Part shown: positions 25,303 through 38,182 of the stretch, piece after piece | How positions within the stretch are numbered: position 1 is the first letter of the stretch | Layout: every line of letters starts with the position of its first letter | Source of the DNA: Antedon mediterranea | Lineage: Eukaryota > Animalia > Echinodermata | Length of the DNA: 64,000 nt | NCBI RefSeq assembly: GCF_964355755.1 | Contig: NC_092670.1 | Location: 36,444,388 to 36,508,387, forward strand | Reading direction: 5' to 3' | Position numbers and translations under genes: made by a program | The notes under the pieces: generated by a model | What the model was told of the DNA's origin: nothing | What the model saw: only the letters and a program-made list of their open reading frames with translations | The model's database searches: none

Positions 25303-27000
25303 ATGCTGTTATATACGATTATATTCATTGTGACTTTGCACAGTACAGCCGTCGATATAGTATCATCGAAGAGTTGGTATTCAGTAAATGGCCAAGCTTC
25401 CTGCAACTCCTGCTGTCTGCCGGTTGAACATCTTGAAATGGAAGATGACACACCACCGCCATGTTCCAGTGTCAATGTGGAACTCACCAAGAAACAAAAT
25501 GCCCAAGTTCGACTGGCTAAGCCTAAATATAAGCAGTACAGAAAGAAGTTATTAAATGGAAAACGTCCAAATGTCACTGTCGTTACTTTTGATGACAGTG
25601 ACCAAATTAATAGCATTCTAGAAAGGTAATATGTTCTATTTGGATTATGTACGCCGGTAAAGAGCTGTCAACACTTATCAAACTAGTTTGACAAAAAAAA
25701 GTGTGATGTGCCCAAATATGGTAGTGATGTTCTCAAATATGGTAGTGATGTTCTCAAATAAGGTAGTGATGTTCTCAAATATGGTAGTGATGTTCTCAAA
25801 TATGGTAGTGATATGACATCACCGTGTCCATATATGGGCACATCACATTTTGTTGTCACATAAAGTTTGATAGTATAGACAGAGCTCCGATTCCTTCAAA
25901 CAAATCCAAATCATTAAATGCTTGATAATAATTCTTGAATTTGTATAATTAAAAATCTCTATTTTCTACAAAAGTGATTGATTTTATTTACAATACAACC
26001 TGATAACATTTTCAGATGTTTACAAAATTTGAAATCATTTTTCTGCAGATTTGGAGATTTGTTTAAAGATAAGAGGCCACGTAAATTACCGAAGCCTTCA
26101 AGTGACCAGCCATATATAAAAACAGAACCAATACAGAACGACGAAGGAGATGACGGTTACCGGGCGCCGCTATGGAACCCTATTCCAACCCCGAAGCCGG
26201 GCAGCTACCGCAGCTGGACTTACACGTACTCTTCCAGGACACATCCTATCACTTACACAGGAACGTCTAATTCGAAGTACCGTACTCAAACCGTTGTTGG
26301 AAAGAGGAAAAGACGTGATGCCACAAGCACGAAACAAATTGAAGTGTGTCCGAGAAGAGAATCGTGGCAAGATTTGAACTTGGCTCTTAATGCAAAGGGG
26401 AAATTAGTCCAGATCGTTCAGGTAATTAAAAAAACAAAAAACAAAACTAAAGTTGTTGGGTTATCTCTCATGGATAGTTATTACAGTAGTTTACGTAAAA
26501 AAGTATGCATCCTTTCTTAGTCTTGGTTTTCACAAGGACGCATGTAAGAAGTTGACCAATGCCAAGCGACAATTCGAATAACCAATCGCCTGTGATTGGT
26601 CAAACTACTCTCCTTGCGGAAACCAATCTTAACTGTAGATAGCAGTTCATTTTCTGCTTCTATTCTTTAATTTACCATCTAACGAGGTAATATTGAACAA
26701 ATGTTAAAGATGGTTTAGATTTAGAAAGATTCAGAATAAAAACATTTTAACATACATTTTTTTTACAATACTACGTGTTTTTTTTATCTCTTCCAGCTGC
26801 CGAACAATCAGAAACAATGGGTATTAGAGGACGTTTGTTCTAAGAAGACTTCACCAATACTTCCAAACGTCTCCTGTCAAAATCGAGCTCGAACTATTAC
26901 TGCTGTTGTTGTTCCTTTAAGTGGTTCAAAAGGATCAACAGAAATACAAGTTCAGGAAATTCAAGTCCATTGCTGTACAGCCTACTATACAATTCCTTGA
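25303..27000 (+). CDS. Secreted neurotrophin/Spaetzle-like cystine-knot-family precursor, 299 aa
   Basis: Exons 25303-25625, 26049-26421 and 26797-27000 join in frame. Hydrophobic signal peptide MLLYTIIFIVTLHSTA, prodomain, furin site RKRR, then a mature part VCPRRESW..ALNAKGKLVQIV..QKQWVLEDVC..SCQNRARTITAVV..QEIQVHCCTA that parallels NGF VCDS.S.W..ATDIKGKEV.V..KQYFFETKC. Confidence 0.75.
25662..25886. mobile_element. MITE family A with an expanded internal 21-bp repeat
   Basis: AGCTGTCAACACTTATCAAAC...GTTTGATAGTATAGACAGAGCT with extra CAAATATGGTAGTGATGTTCT units. Confidence 0.85.
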
Positions 27001-28569
27001 TCACTCCATCTGAAACACAATTTCTGAACATTAAACAAATATAGGTATTAAGTATATATTAGGTCGTTTGGATTTTCTACATAAGTAACATTGACTGAGA
27101 CGAACTATAAATTTCAAATCTTACACATGTCAGAAACAATGTTGATTAAGCCTTATCTAGTAACATCCAAAATGTGATGTGATGGTATCACTACCATATT
27201 TGAGCGCATCACACTTATTTGTCAAAAATAGTTTGATAGTGTAGACAGGGCTTAGTAAACCAGAGATGGAAAATGTTTGGCACTTGCTGAATACGGTACT
27301 CTTCTTCATGTTTATTGTACAGCAAAGTTTGCAAAAAAAATTAACAAAGTTTCATAGTAAAGTCCGTCTACACTTTACAAACCTTGCAAACTGGAAGTTT
27401 GCTAGAGTGCAGAATAAGACATTCGCTTACAGATAATGCCAATTGACCATTCTGAGCTTCGAACTTAAGAAATAGGTATTATATTGAATGGTCTAAAATT
27501 ATTTAAAAAATTGGCCACACAGGCCAGATTTGTCTAAATACCACAAAGGATTATGTACGCTGTAGGAGGTATATGGAAAGATCTTGAAAGTGGGAGGGAA
27601 CGTGTCTACATTTTCCACTCATTTAAACTCTCTTATTCGTATTATTTCAAGCTTCAACAATCATCGTGACAACATTCGTATTCCCAATAGGCATAATTAT
27701 AATAATAACACAAGGAAACAGATGTCTGCGCTAAGTTCAAGTTTGTCATAAAAATATAATTGATTAATTTAGTTTGTTTACACAAGTTTGTTCGTTTTGA
27801 CGAATTCTTTGAAAGTTATACAGTATTATAATTTATTGCTCACCATTTTCTCTCTTTGAACTTTAAGCTCTGTCTACACTATCAAACTTTATTTGACAAA
27901 AAATGTGATGTATATAATGTCCATATATGGACATAATGCTGTCATATCACTACCATATTGGGCATATCACTACCATTTTTGTCACGTCTTTTTTTGGTAT
28001 GCAAAAAACCTACATAATACCTATTGTAGACCTATCGTACTAAATTAATTATTAATTCGTTAATAGAGTTGAATTATTCTTGAAAATAAATTTATAAACA
28101 GATAAATATTAATACTGTTTGGCATCTAATTTGGAATGAATTCTAGGGATAGAGTTGATAGTTTTAAACTGTTTTTTACAGTTATATTTTGTAAAACACG
28201 GTATAAAAACAACAATTGAACAAAAATAATTATTTTATAAGATGTATAAAAATTGTTATTTGAATAAATTATTGCTAATATATAGTCATGCGTCTGTAAA
28301 AGGCTATAATTAATTTAATAAGTATCAGTAATTTGATATAGAATAATACTGCGTCAAGCAGTTGTATGTATATATTTAGTTAATTCAGCGCAGCAGACAG
28401 AAAGTTTAGTAAAAAATAAATGTTTTAAGGAAAAAGGTCTTTGTACACTTTTTTAATAGTTAGAACAATCACAATAACGGCAATAAGCTCGAAAAATTAA
28501 CTCTCGCGCGTGGCTAGAGAAAAAAAACACGTCGAAAGTAAAACTACTGTATCACATGTACAACATTCA

Positions 28570-29010
28570 TTTCGAAAAGAAGACCCTAATTCTCTCTTAG
28601 TTTTTTAGTTTATTTTACTTATCCATATGCAAATTTAGTAAAAAGCATATTAACATCAATATAACATTTAATTCGAAAAGAAGTCCCTGATTCTCTTTTT
28701 AGTTTGTCATGAGTTTCTTTTATTCATCCATAAGAAAATTTAGTAAAAAGGATAAAAACATCAATATAACGCAGTGAAATATGGACGAAAGGGAAGGAGA
28801 GAAAAGGAAACTACATGCCTATAATCGAGCTCAGAATTCATTTCGAAAAGAATCCTCTGGTTCATTCTTTAGAGAAACATAAGTTTATTTTTTTCATCCA
28901 TAAGAAAATATAGTAAAAAAGCATAAAAACATCAATATAACAGAGTAACAGAGTGTGAAATAATATGGACAAAAGGAAGGAGAGAAAAGGCAACTACATG
29001 CCTATCGATC
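28570..29010. repeat. Degenerate three-unit tandem repeat
   Basis: TTCGAAAAGAA...TCCATA..AAAT.TAGTAAAAAG..ACATCAATATAAC recurs three times. Confidence 0.7.
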
Positions 29011-29261
29011 TCTCAGCTTACAATTCTTACATAAGATATCAAGCAAATTATGTCAAAGTACATAGGTATAGTTTATATAATACAAAGTAAGGTAACATTT
29101 AAAAGTTGATAAGAGTTACCGTCACATATCTAGCAAAATTGTTTTGACTTTAGTTTTAAAAGGTTTTCCACAATTTATTTATCGAACATTCATTGGAATT
29201 ACGTTCCATATTTTTGTGCCGATACAGCTAATGGAAAAATGACTATGTAGTATCTGCCTTA

Positions 29262-29440
29262 AGCGTGGTTCCCACTAGCGACGCAACGCAAGGACGTAAC
29301 GCAACGCAAGTGAATTGACCAATCACAAGCGATGGCTTATTCGCTTGTGATTGCTAACTGTCTATAACTTCTCTTTTCATTGGTTAACACGCTTGCGTTG
29401 CGTTTACGTTCTTGCGTTACGTTCTAGTGGGAACCAAGCT
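29262..29440. mobile_element. MITE family B
   Basis: TIRs AGCGTGGTTCCCACTAG / CTAGTGGGAACCAAGCT. Confidence 0.85.
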
Positions 29441-31248
29441 TGCGGCTGGTATAGATTTCCCTAACTTCTGTCTGGTTTGATATGGATGGGTAATAGGTGT
29501 AACATATTCGTTTACATTTTGTAAAAAGTAATCTCGAAAAAGAAGCCGATGTCGAATAGAAGCCGTCGCAAGATTCCATAAAGAGGAGATCCATTGAATT
29601 CTTTTTCGTGGTTTTACGTGGTATATCAAACTTAGATGATGTACTGTCAGAGTTGTGCGCTGTTTTTAGATAACGTCTAAAGCCTTATCTACACTATCAA
29701 ACTAGTTTGACAAAAAAAGTGTGATGTGCCAAAATATTGTAGTTATATTCTCAAATATGGTAATGATATGACATCATCATGTCCATATATGGGCACATCG
29801 CATTTGTTGTTGTCACATAAAGTTTGATAGTGTAGACACAGCTTTTATATGCATGTTGTAATGGTGACTTCTGTGCTTATGGTGTCTCTAGAGCTGCAGC
29901 TCTCTTACGTAATAACAAAAACTGTGATGTGACTCACAGACCGCATGCGCCACCAATGCTGAGGTAAATTCGTATAATTGTTTTCCACACTAAGTAAAGA
30001 TTAACCTAAAGCCTTGTTAATATTCAGAATATAAATTTGTGCTCTGCAAAAAATGTTGATATCCAACTTAACACGAACTAATCATTAATATTATCTGAAC
30101 GACGTCTGGTCAAACAATCGGAAAAACACCGATATTAAGTATTGTATAAGTCACTGGGGAATACGAAGGAAAGAGGGGATTGAATGAAATACTGCTATTA
30201 TGCCGCCTTATCTAACATAATGACGAGTCATCCTGGCAAATTGAGACATTAAAAACTAAAGCTTCAGTGATTATTCAACAACAAAAAATGTGTCTGCCAC
30301 AATCAAGGAACCGCGACCATTACGCCAACAGGGCCGCTACAAGTATATCATTTTAAAAATAAAAAGTATCGTCTACTATAGCAGATATTGATCTAGTGCT
30401 TCGTAAACCTTATTTTCAATTTAAATTACAGTTCTGTCTACACTCTATCAAACTTTATGTGACAAAAAAGTGTGATGTACCCAAATATGGTAGTGATATG
30501 CTTAAATATAATAGTAATGATATGACATCATCATGTCCATAGGCCTATATGAGCAAGTCACACTTTTTTTTGTCACATAAAGTTTGATAGTGTAGACAAG
30601 GCGTGAGGCTTAATTAGTTGCAATTATTACTCTGAGGTGATTGGAACGAGGCACCGAGAATAGAACTCAAACTGATTATTCTCGCCACACTGCCGTTTTA
30701 TTGTGAAAAATAGGCCTAATTATAATAGTATTATATATAACTGAAATGTTAGCGTTCTGTCGTCGGCGATAGGCCTAATTAATATGAAGTAAATGACGAG
30801 TGTCATAATGTTGATGTTTGAAAAGGAAGCGTTTAAATCTGATTACTTTTAACCTTTCGAAATCAAGATTACACTTCTAAGTCCGCGACTTTCTATCAAA
30901 TAACTGTTTTCATGCTTTATTTTTTTCATCGAATAAATGAGTTTGAAGGTTATTAATTATTTATTTATTCTTTCTTTTGATTAATTAATGTACATTTAGA
31001 GGAAAGGTTTAGGCCCTGCGAAGCAAAATCAGCTACCGCCCGGATAATTATGAAAACGAAACTACTGTAATATTGTATGTCGACTGTCATGATAGGCCTT
31101 CTGTTGAATATAAACAATGGTGGTTTTAATTTTTTTTGTGTTTTTAAATTATGATAATAACATTTATGCATTGTAATTTATACATGTAGGGCCTACTACA
31201 GTTATAGACCTACTTTATAAAAAAATACACTGCAGATGAATTAACAAA

Positions 31249-31290
31249 ACTAGATGGCACGCTCGCTTCGCTCGCGTACCATCTAGGTCG
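31249..31290 (-). mobile_element. Helitron-type 3' terminus
   Basis: The minus strand reads CTAGATGGTACGCGAGCGAAGCGAGCGTGCCATCTAG|TTTT: a GC-rich hairpin ending in CTAG before T. The other end was not located. Confidence 0.5.
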
Positions 31291-32537
31291 TGCCCACAGA
31301 TGGTTCTCGAATACACAGTAATTTCAGCGTAGCAAAACTGGCGATTTCAAATGTACGTACCGCAGGACTATAATACATTGTCGTTTACAGAAACGAATAA
31401 ATAGACACGATGATTTATGTACTCAACTAAAATTAGCACCCTGGGAATTACTTCCGAAGGAGAAACTTATCAAAATGAGTTCAAATTTTTGATTTGGACT
31501 CATTTAAAGAAACCCAATTTTGTGTTTTGTATGTAACATTAAGGTTGAAGGATGGGAAAGCGGAAAGGTACAAAGAGGAACACTTTTTAAATATATTCTT
31601 TATCCACTCTGTAACGAAATATTTTTTTCATGTTTTATAGGCCTATAAATACTATACCTGTAAATACAGTAAAACATTTGCGATTTAATAAATAATACTT
31701 TGTTAAAACTGTCACTGTCATAATCGATTGAAATATTAAAGTACGTGTCACGATACACCACTACGACGTTTATATTTTGGTAATTATTAATTAATACAAA
31801 CGTTGAAAAAGAACTGTCAGTATAAAGTTTATTTGTATATAATAATGTGTTTATATATTTAACAGTAGAGCCTATCCACAATCTCAGTAATAAAGTTTAT
31901 TTGTATATATTTTTATACAATCTAATGTTCGATTCAAATGAGGACCAACAATAGTTAATAGGTATTTACAGTATTGTCAAAGTATTGCAAGTTTATTCTC
32001 AAAGGGCCCATATTTACCTACCGCATGTGTTAAACCAAGGGCTCATAAATTTACCTACTTGTGTTAAACCAAACTCTGGCAGACTGAGAGATTGTGGGAT
32101 GTTCCATTCATCGCAAATCAATACATTTGTATAAACGTATATTAAATCTATCAAAATAGTATTTTTTAAAGAAAATCGGCCTGTCTTCAACATTATGATG
32201 CTGTACTCTAGCTGTTCAACCGGTTTTCAGCCATTAAAAACAATTATCGTAGGAGGAGATAGGAAAATGCGAAGCCTCCTCGCATTTTTGTGGCGGGTAT
32301 TTTTCAAGATGGACATCCATTAGACAGTGTATACCACGATCGGAAAACACCCCTATTTGGGGCAAATCGACGAACCTAAATTCGTTTTAATCGTCAATAA
32401 CTAATCTAACTTAATTTAATTAGTAAACAGGGTTACATCAGGTGGTTAAAATCAATACCGAAAGTACGAACCAACTTTATATACCATCGAGTACAAATTC
32501 TAAAAGTAAGGCGCGATTTACCGAATTTTGCCCTTAC

Positions 32538-33328
32538 TATGGAACGCCGTTTACGCAACATTTTGATGATATGAATCTTATGACGCGATACGTGAATGAA
32601 ATGCATCGATATGAATTAAATGGTGCGATATATGAATGAAATGTTTTGAATTGAATGCTTTGAATTGAATATTTTGAATGAAATGTTTTGAATGAAATGT
32701 TTTGAATGAAATGTTTTGAATGAAATGTTTTGAATGAAATGTTTTGAATGAAATGTTTGAATTGAATTGAAAAGTCAAACTATTGGTGGCGTATGTCATT
32801 CTCGCTCGCGATTATTTTCTCAACCTCTTAGGCCTAAGCCTGGGTACCCTCATCTCCTTTCTTCCACGCTGCCTTTACAGAGAATCCTAACAGACCTGGG
32901 TTCGGAAATATGTATTCCAATGTTTCAGGTCTGTTAGAGAGTCTCTGTAAAGGATTCATATTGATGACAGCGTTGAAAGGAGATGAGGGTACCCATGCTT
33001 AGGCCTATTAAGAGGTTGAAAAAAAATCGCGAGCGGGAATGACATACGCCGCCAATAGTTTGACTTTTCAATTCAATTCAAACATTTCATTCAAAACATT
33101 TAATTCAAAACATTTCATTCAAAACATTTCATTCAAAACATTTCATTCAAAACATTTCATTCAAAACATTTCATTCAAAACATTTCATTCAAAACATTCA
33201 ATTCAAAGCATTCAATTCAAAACATTTCATTCATATATCACGCCATTCAATTCATATCGATGCATTTCATTCACATATCGCGTCATAAAATTCATATCAT
33301 CGAAATGTTGCGTAAACGGCGTTCCATA
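32538..33328. mobile_element. 791-bp foldback DNA transposon with TATGG..CCATA termini and 6-bp TSD (IS3EU-like, non-autonomous)
   Basis: CCTTAC|TATGGAACGCCGTTTACGCAACATTT...AAATGTTGCGTAAACGGCGTTCCATA|CCTTAC; long inverted arms each carry a 14-bp TGAATGAAATGTTT satellite. Confidence 0.8.
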
Positions 33329-33868
33329 CCTTACGTAAATTTATATAATATAGAAAATATTTGGTTATCGGTGAAAAACCAGGCAAAATTAGTATGAAAC
33401 GAAATAGCGACACCAACGTCATCGATCGAAACAACAAGCACGACATTCTCAGTTCTGAATGTGTGGTGGTGAGGTCCTGTTATTGATTGAGATTTTATTA
33501 TCATATGGGATGTAAATAAGTCCAAGATAACGTTTCCCAGGTAAGTGCGTACACGTTGGCTACTTCTTTATGTAAATACCGATTAAGTTTTAGGTTAAAT
33601 TATTAGTTATCGAGTAGTATTGCTGATTTGTTTTACACCTAGTATAAGCCTATTATTTGTAGGCCTAACTAAAAGTTCGAAGACTTGCGGAAGTGCCTGA
33701 CTAACCACCTGCGTGGGAGGTATGGTAAGGCTATCTCTAGTAGAGAGCTAGGCCTAGATAGAGTACTGTAGGGCCTAGCTATATGACAATCCGGTTCAAG
33801 ATTAATGCACACCTCAATTAATATGATATGTTTATAGATAAGACACAATTTAAATAGCATAAGAGAGT

Positions 33869-34111
33869 CACCACTTCGTCAACCACTCCCGCCACTTCGT
33901 CAACCCCATAGTAGATGGGACACACACCCAAATGATCGAATCATACTGGTGTAAAGCGAAATCGAAGTTCAAGAATATGAGAGCAGTGAAACGAGAATGG
34001 CTAGGCGAATATCTGGATGAGTTTATGTGGCGAGAGGAACACGGCAAGAATTTAGAGACCGCATTTGACAATATATTAGCGCATATCGCTGAAATGTATC
34101 CCCAGGCCTAA
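33869..34111 (+). pseudogene. Merlin (IS1016/IS1595-like) transposase C-terminal relic
   Basis: Open frame without ATG: HHFVNHSRHFVNPIVDGTHTQMIESYWCKAKSKFK..EYLDEFMWRE..AFDNILAHIAEMYPQA*, matching the VNH..F.....HTQ.IES.W and YLDEF.WR motifs of ISXO2/Merlin transposases. Confidence 0.82.
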
Positions 34112-34984
34112 GTTTTAGTTTAAGCATAAAAAATAAATAACAAAATTGTTAATAGTTAAAAGATTCAGAATAAAATTTATATTTTAAGTTAAAGTTTCAA
34201 ATTTACTTTTCTAATTATTTGAAGAATTTAGGAACAAAAACATTTATAAAGTTAGTTAAACGATTGAGAATAAACATTTATATTTTACGTTTACTTATTT
34301 AAATCAGGGAGTTTTTTACAACTCCCTGTTTAAATTTACTTAATTATTTTGAGAATAAAACAATTTTGAATACTTTAACTGTTATTGTTTTTGATTTTTT
34401 ACGAAGCTAAGTTTAAGTTCTATATTTACCTAAATAAATAATTCACTTTAACCATACATCAAAACAACTGTGGTAAAAGAAATGTGAAATGACCTGTAGA
34501 AGAGAATAAAAATAACATTGTCGTTAGTATCAATTAATTGTGTGTTGTGTAATACACTGTACACTAATTTACCTCCCACGTAGCTAAAGTGGAACATTCG
34601 AAACGTCCCCAGTCTGTTCTGGGTCAACCGTTGGTCAAATACAATCCACTATTTAATACACAATGCACCCCTATTTTTTCGAATGGAATAACCCTAAAAA
34701 AGCCCGGTACATAAAATGCCCGTGATCCCGAGGCTCTAGTCTAGATTTGTAAAAAGAAAATTTTAATCCTCTCATCACAGCTATATAATATTATATTTTT
34801 TTTAGAATAGACTGTTGTCGTGTTCTACTTTCTGCTGTCCTGAAAATGTAGGCCTAGGCATATTATTAATTTTCTGAATTTAAATGAATCTGTAATATTA
34901 AATATTAATAATAATTTTCTTTTCTAAAATGTGCAGACAAGGTAATATCAATTATTGTCTCCGAAAAAAGCAGAATCATTTTAT

Positions 34985-36420
34985 ATGGCAGGCCAGGATA
35001 TAACACAGAAGCCTAGTATGGATTGGCTAAACAATCGTGGACTGTGGTTTTCGTACGCTGTTGCAGTGTATGTTTTGCACCTAGTGTTTCTCATTATGCC
35101 GTTTCTTAGTTCGGGGACAGCGTGGACACTGACAGTTGCTGTCCATGCAGTGGTAAGTATAAACAGACTGTATTTGTAATTTTTCATGTTATGGATTTGA
35201 CACAATAGATCCAGTGATGTAGCCACAGGAAATAAAGTGGTCTGGTTTTTCGCAAGAAAAGGGAACAATCTCTGTTCAAGCCAAAAAAGTGGCCAGGTTG
35301 AAACCTTACCAACCGTACTAGTGGCTACGGCCCTGAGGTCATAGGTGGGTATCTTTATTTATTTAAAATATTGCGTTCTTTAATGATAAAGCAACCAACT
35401 TTTATAAATAATTGTTTTTTGCAGCTCAACTATATCTGTATGCACTATTTCAAAGGCTCAATCTTATTTGAAGATCAAGGCAAGTCACGATACCTGACCA
35501 TGTGGGAACAGATAGATGGGGAGGAGCAGTTCACTGCTACAAGAAAGTTTTTCACTATTGTACCAATTGTTTTGTAAGTAGATGTAAAATTTTGAAGGCT
35601 TCATAGAAACTAAAAAGGGCTGGGATTAGGCGCTTCCTTTTTCCATCCCCTCACCTTTTTTCTTCCACTTCCTATTTCCCTTCCTCTTTCTCCTCCTCTC
35701 CCTCTTCTCCATATTCTCTCCTTCCCTCTTACTTTTCCCATCCCTCACTTCCTTCCTCTCCTATTCCTCTTTCCCCTCTTCCTCTTTTCCCTTTCTCTTT
35801 CCCCTCCTATCCCTCTTCCATGTTCTCTCCATATTCTCTCCTTCTCAATTCCTTTTTCCCATCCCTCCATTCTTCCTCTTCCTTCCTTCCCCATCTCTCC
35901 CTTCCTTCCCCTCCTCTCCCTCTTTCCCCTCCTCTCCCTCTTTCCCCTCCTCTCTCTTTCTTTGTGGGTAAAATGCTTGACTTTGTTTTTACTGTTCTGG
36001 TTTTATGGTAAAATAGTAGTATCTGTTTTTAAATAACATATAATTTTATAGTGATAGGTTTTTCAAAATAAACTAACCTCAATGTACAGTAAAATGGACA
36101 TTGTTGATTAAGGCAAATTCTCATGTTGATATTAATAATAAATTGTTTTAATGTGCCCTGTTTATCTGCAATATACTTGTTTATTGTTTTCTCTAGCCTA
36201 TACCCCAATGGATATTTTTAATTTCTTTGGCAAATTCTCATGTTGATATTAATATTAAGTTGCTTTCATATCCTGTGTTTATAGATTTTTTGCTGCGAGT
36301 TTCTACACAAAATGTGATCCGACACATTTCATGTACAACAGCGTGTTCACAACTATGTCAGTCTTACCCAAGTTTCCGGTTTTCCATCGTGTTAGAATAT
36401 TCGGAATCAACAAGTATTAA
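34985..36420 (+). CDS. ORMDL: ORM1-like protein (serine palmitoyltransferase regulator), 150 aa
   Basis: Exons 34985-35152, 35425-35573 and 36285-36420; motifs [34 protein letters not shown]...[17 protein letters not shown] and [18 protein letters not shown]. Confidence 0.95.
35632..35962. repeat. Polypyrimidine (C/T) low-complexity tract in an ORMDL intron
   Basis: About 330 nt consisting almost entirely of C and T. Confidence 0.9.
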
Positions 36421-36786
36421 TCGACAAGATCAAAATGCATAAATTAAAAAACTGCTGAAAGAAGTATGATGTCCTGAATGTTAATTCTGTAAGGTTTTTT
36501 GATGGACTGAATCTTTCAATTCTTCAAAAAAGCGTCCATGGAGCGTACCGTATGCAAACAGCAACATTACAACATTAATGTGCCTCTTGCAATATAAAAA
36601 TGGTTATCGTATGGATTGTGAGAACATACAGCGGTTGGATGTGTGTAGATAAGGGTTGTACAAAGACTATTGTGCACAACTGACAGGTCAGAGGTCACAA
36701 ACTTGTAAATATTCTCAATGTGATTAAGTAAATCATAGTTAAGTTAAAAAGTATATTATTTATGGAAACGTATTTCAAACCTTTCA

Positions 36787-36933
36787 AGCTCTGTCTACAC
36801 TATCATACTAGTGTGATGTGCCCAAATATGGTAGTGATATGCCCAAATATGGTAGTGGTATGACATCATCATGTCCATATATGGGCACATCACATTTTTT
36901 TGTCACATAAAGTTTGATAGTGTAGACAGAGCT
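36787..36933. mobile_element. MITE family A (PIF/Harbinger-like, ~150-190 bp), representative of roughly 20 copies in the window
   Basis: AGCTCTGTCTACACTATCA...TTTGATAGTGTAGACAGAGCT; other copies start near 14541, 20726, 23720, 24279, 27150, 27866, 29681, 30432, 38861, 39284, 44830, 45189, 46761, 51470 and 56237, often flanked by TWA. Confidence 0.9.
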
Positions 36934-37908
36934 TTACAGTAGGCAGTAAATATTTGTTTAATTTCGGTATCAGACAGTATTCATTTTTTGCAGGGTTTAC
37001 AGTACTGCAGTAACCAGTACTACCAACCATAAATAGCCTACTAAACTAAGAATTTAGAAATTGATGCAAAATTACTGCAGTAGAAAATTGTTTACATGTT
37101 TCCTAAATAAATTTTATCCAGTGTAGAATATTAGTCAAATAATACCACAAGTATACAGTGATGTAATGCAGGGGGAAAAGGCTCTTGTTTAGCACTCCTA
37201 AGGGGCCCTCCAACACTTCGTAGTTTGTACTGCTCTGGATCCCCTTGAGTTCTGTAGCCCCTTGAGTTCTGTAGCCCCTGGGTTGAGCCAGTGAGTGCTC
37301 ATAGCCGTTACGCTACTACACATATATATAACCATAGTAGTCCATGTTAACATTGTAGTAAGCACAGATACACATGGCTAAAACTTGCACTGTTGGGTTA
37401 TTCAACTCCCTGGAGGAGTATACTGTTGTGTAAGAAGAATTTGATTGCCATTTGTGCAAGAAACAAATTATAAATATGTTGGTAAAAAAAATGGTTATCA
37501 CAAAACTTTGACGTTCATGGTTTGAATCTTTTTAATAATTATTTTGTCTTCAAAAATATTAAAGATGTATTGCCCCCTGAAAAAATAGATTTTTCAAATT
37601 TGTTTGTTTAATATGCCATTTTTATGTTCCGTAATAGTTAAATTCACTTTGACCAAAAATTGGATCGAAAAAAAAGAAACATTATTTACCTGAAAAAGTG
37701 TAATTTAAAGCAAAAAATATTCAAACTGGCTACCAGCCAATGTGTTTTTGGTTGAATTTAACAGTTTGTTTTGTCTTTTTATAAGTTAAAAAAATTATTT
37801 TTTTTCTGCAGAAGTGATTAACTTCTTAAAAAACTACAAAATTGCCTATTCAAAGTCTGATTTAATTAATCTTCATTTTTCATGTTTTGTGGGAAAAATA
37901 CATCTTTA

Positions 37909-38182
37909 AGCCTGGTTTCCATTAAAATCGCTACAGCGTTTCCATTAAAATCGCTACACGCGCAGATGTCGCCGGCGCAATCGGGAAGGCTCCCTGATTC
38001 ATCGCAGTCAAATCTGCAAAGTTCAACCATGTTCAACTTTGCCGATTTTGTCGGCGATGAATCGTATACGCGTACCAAAGAATATTTAGCGCTCGCGTAC
38101 TAGATCCCCGATAAATTCTAGCGTTTCCATAGAATCGCTACGCTCTGTCATGTCGTGTAGCGATTTTATGGAAACCAGGCTT
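37909..38182. mobile_element. Harbinger-like MITE
   Basis: AGCCTGGTTTCCATTAAAATCGCTAC...GTAGCGATTTTATGGAAACCAGGCT inverted termini. Confidence 0.75.

Noticed and set aside
32442-33338. Twin ORFs MTYA(T/A)NSLTFQF on opposite strands
   Set aside because: Mirror products of the foldback arms and the 14-bp satellite.
35820-36011. Pro/Ser/Leu-rich ORF
   Set aside because: Polypyrimidine tract in an ORMDL intron.
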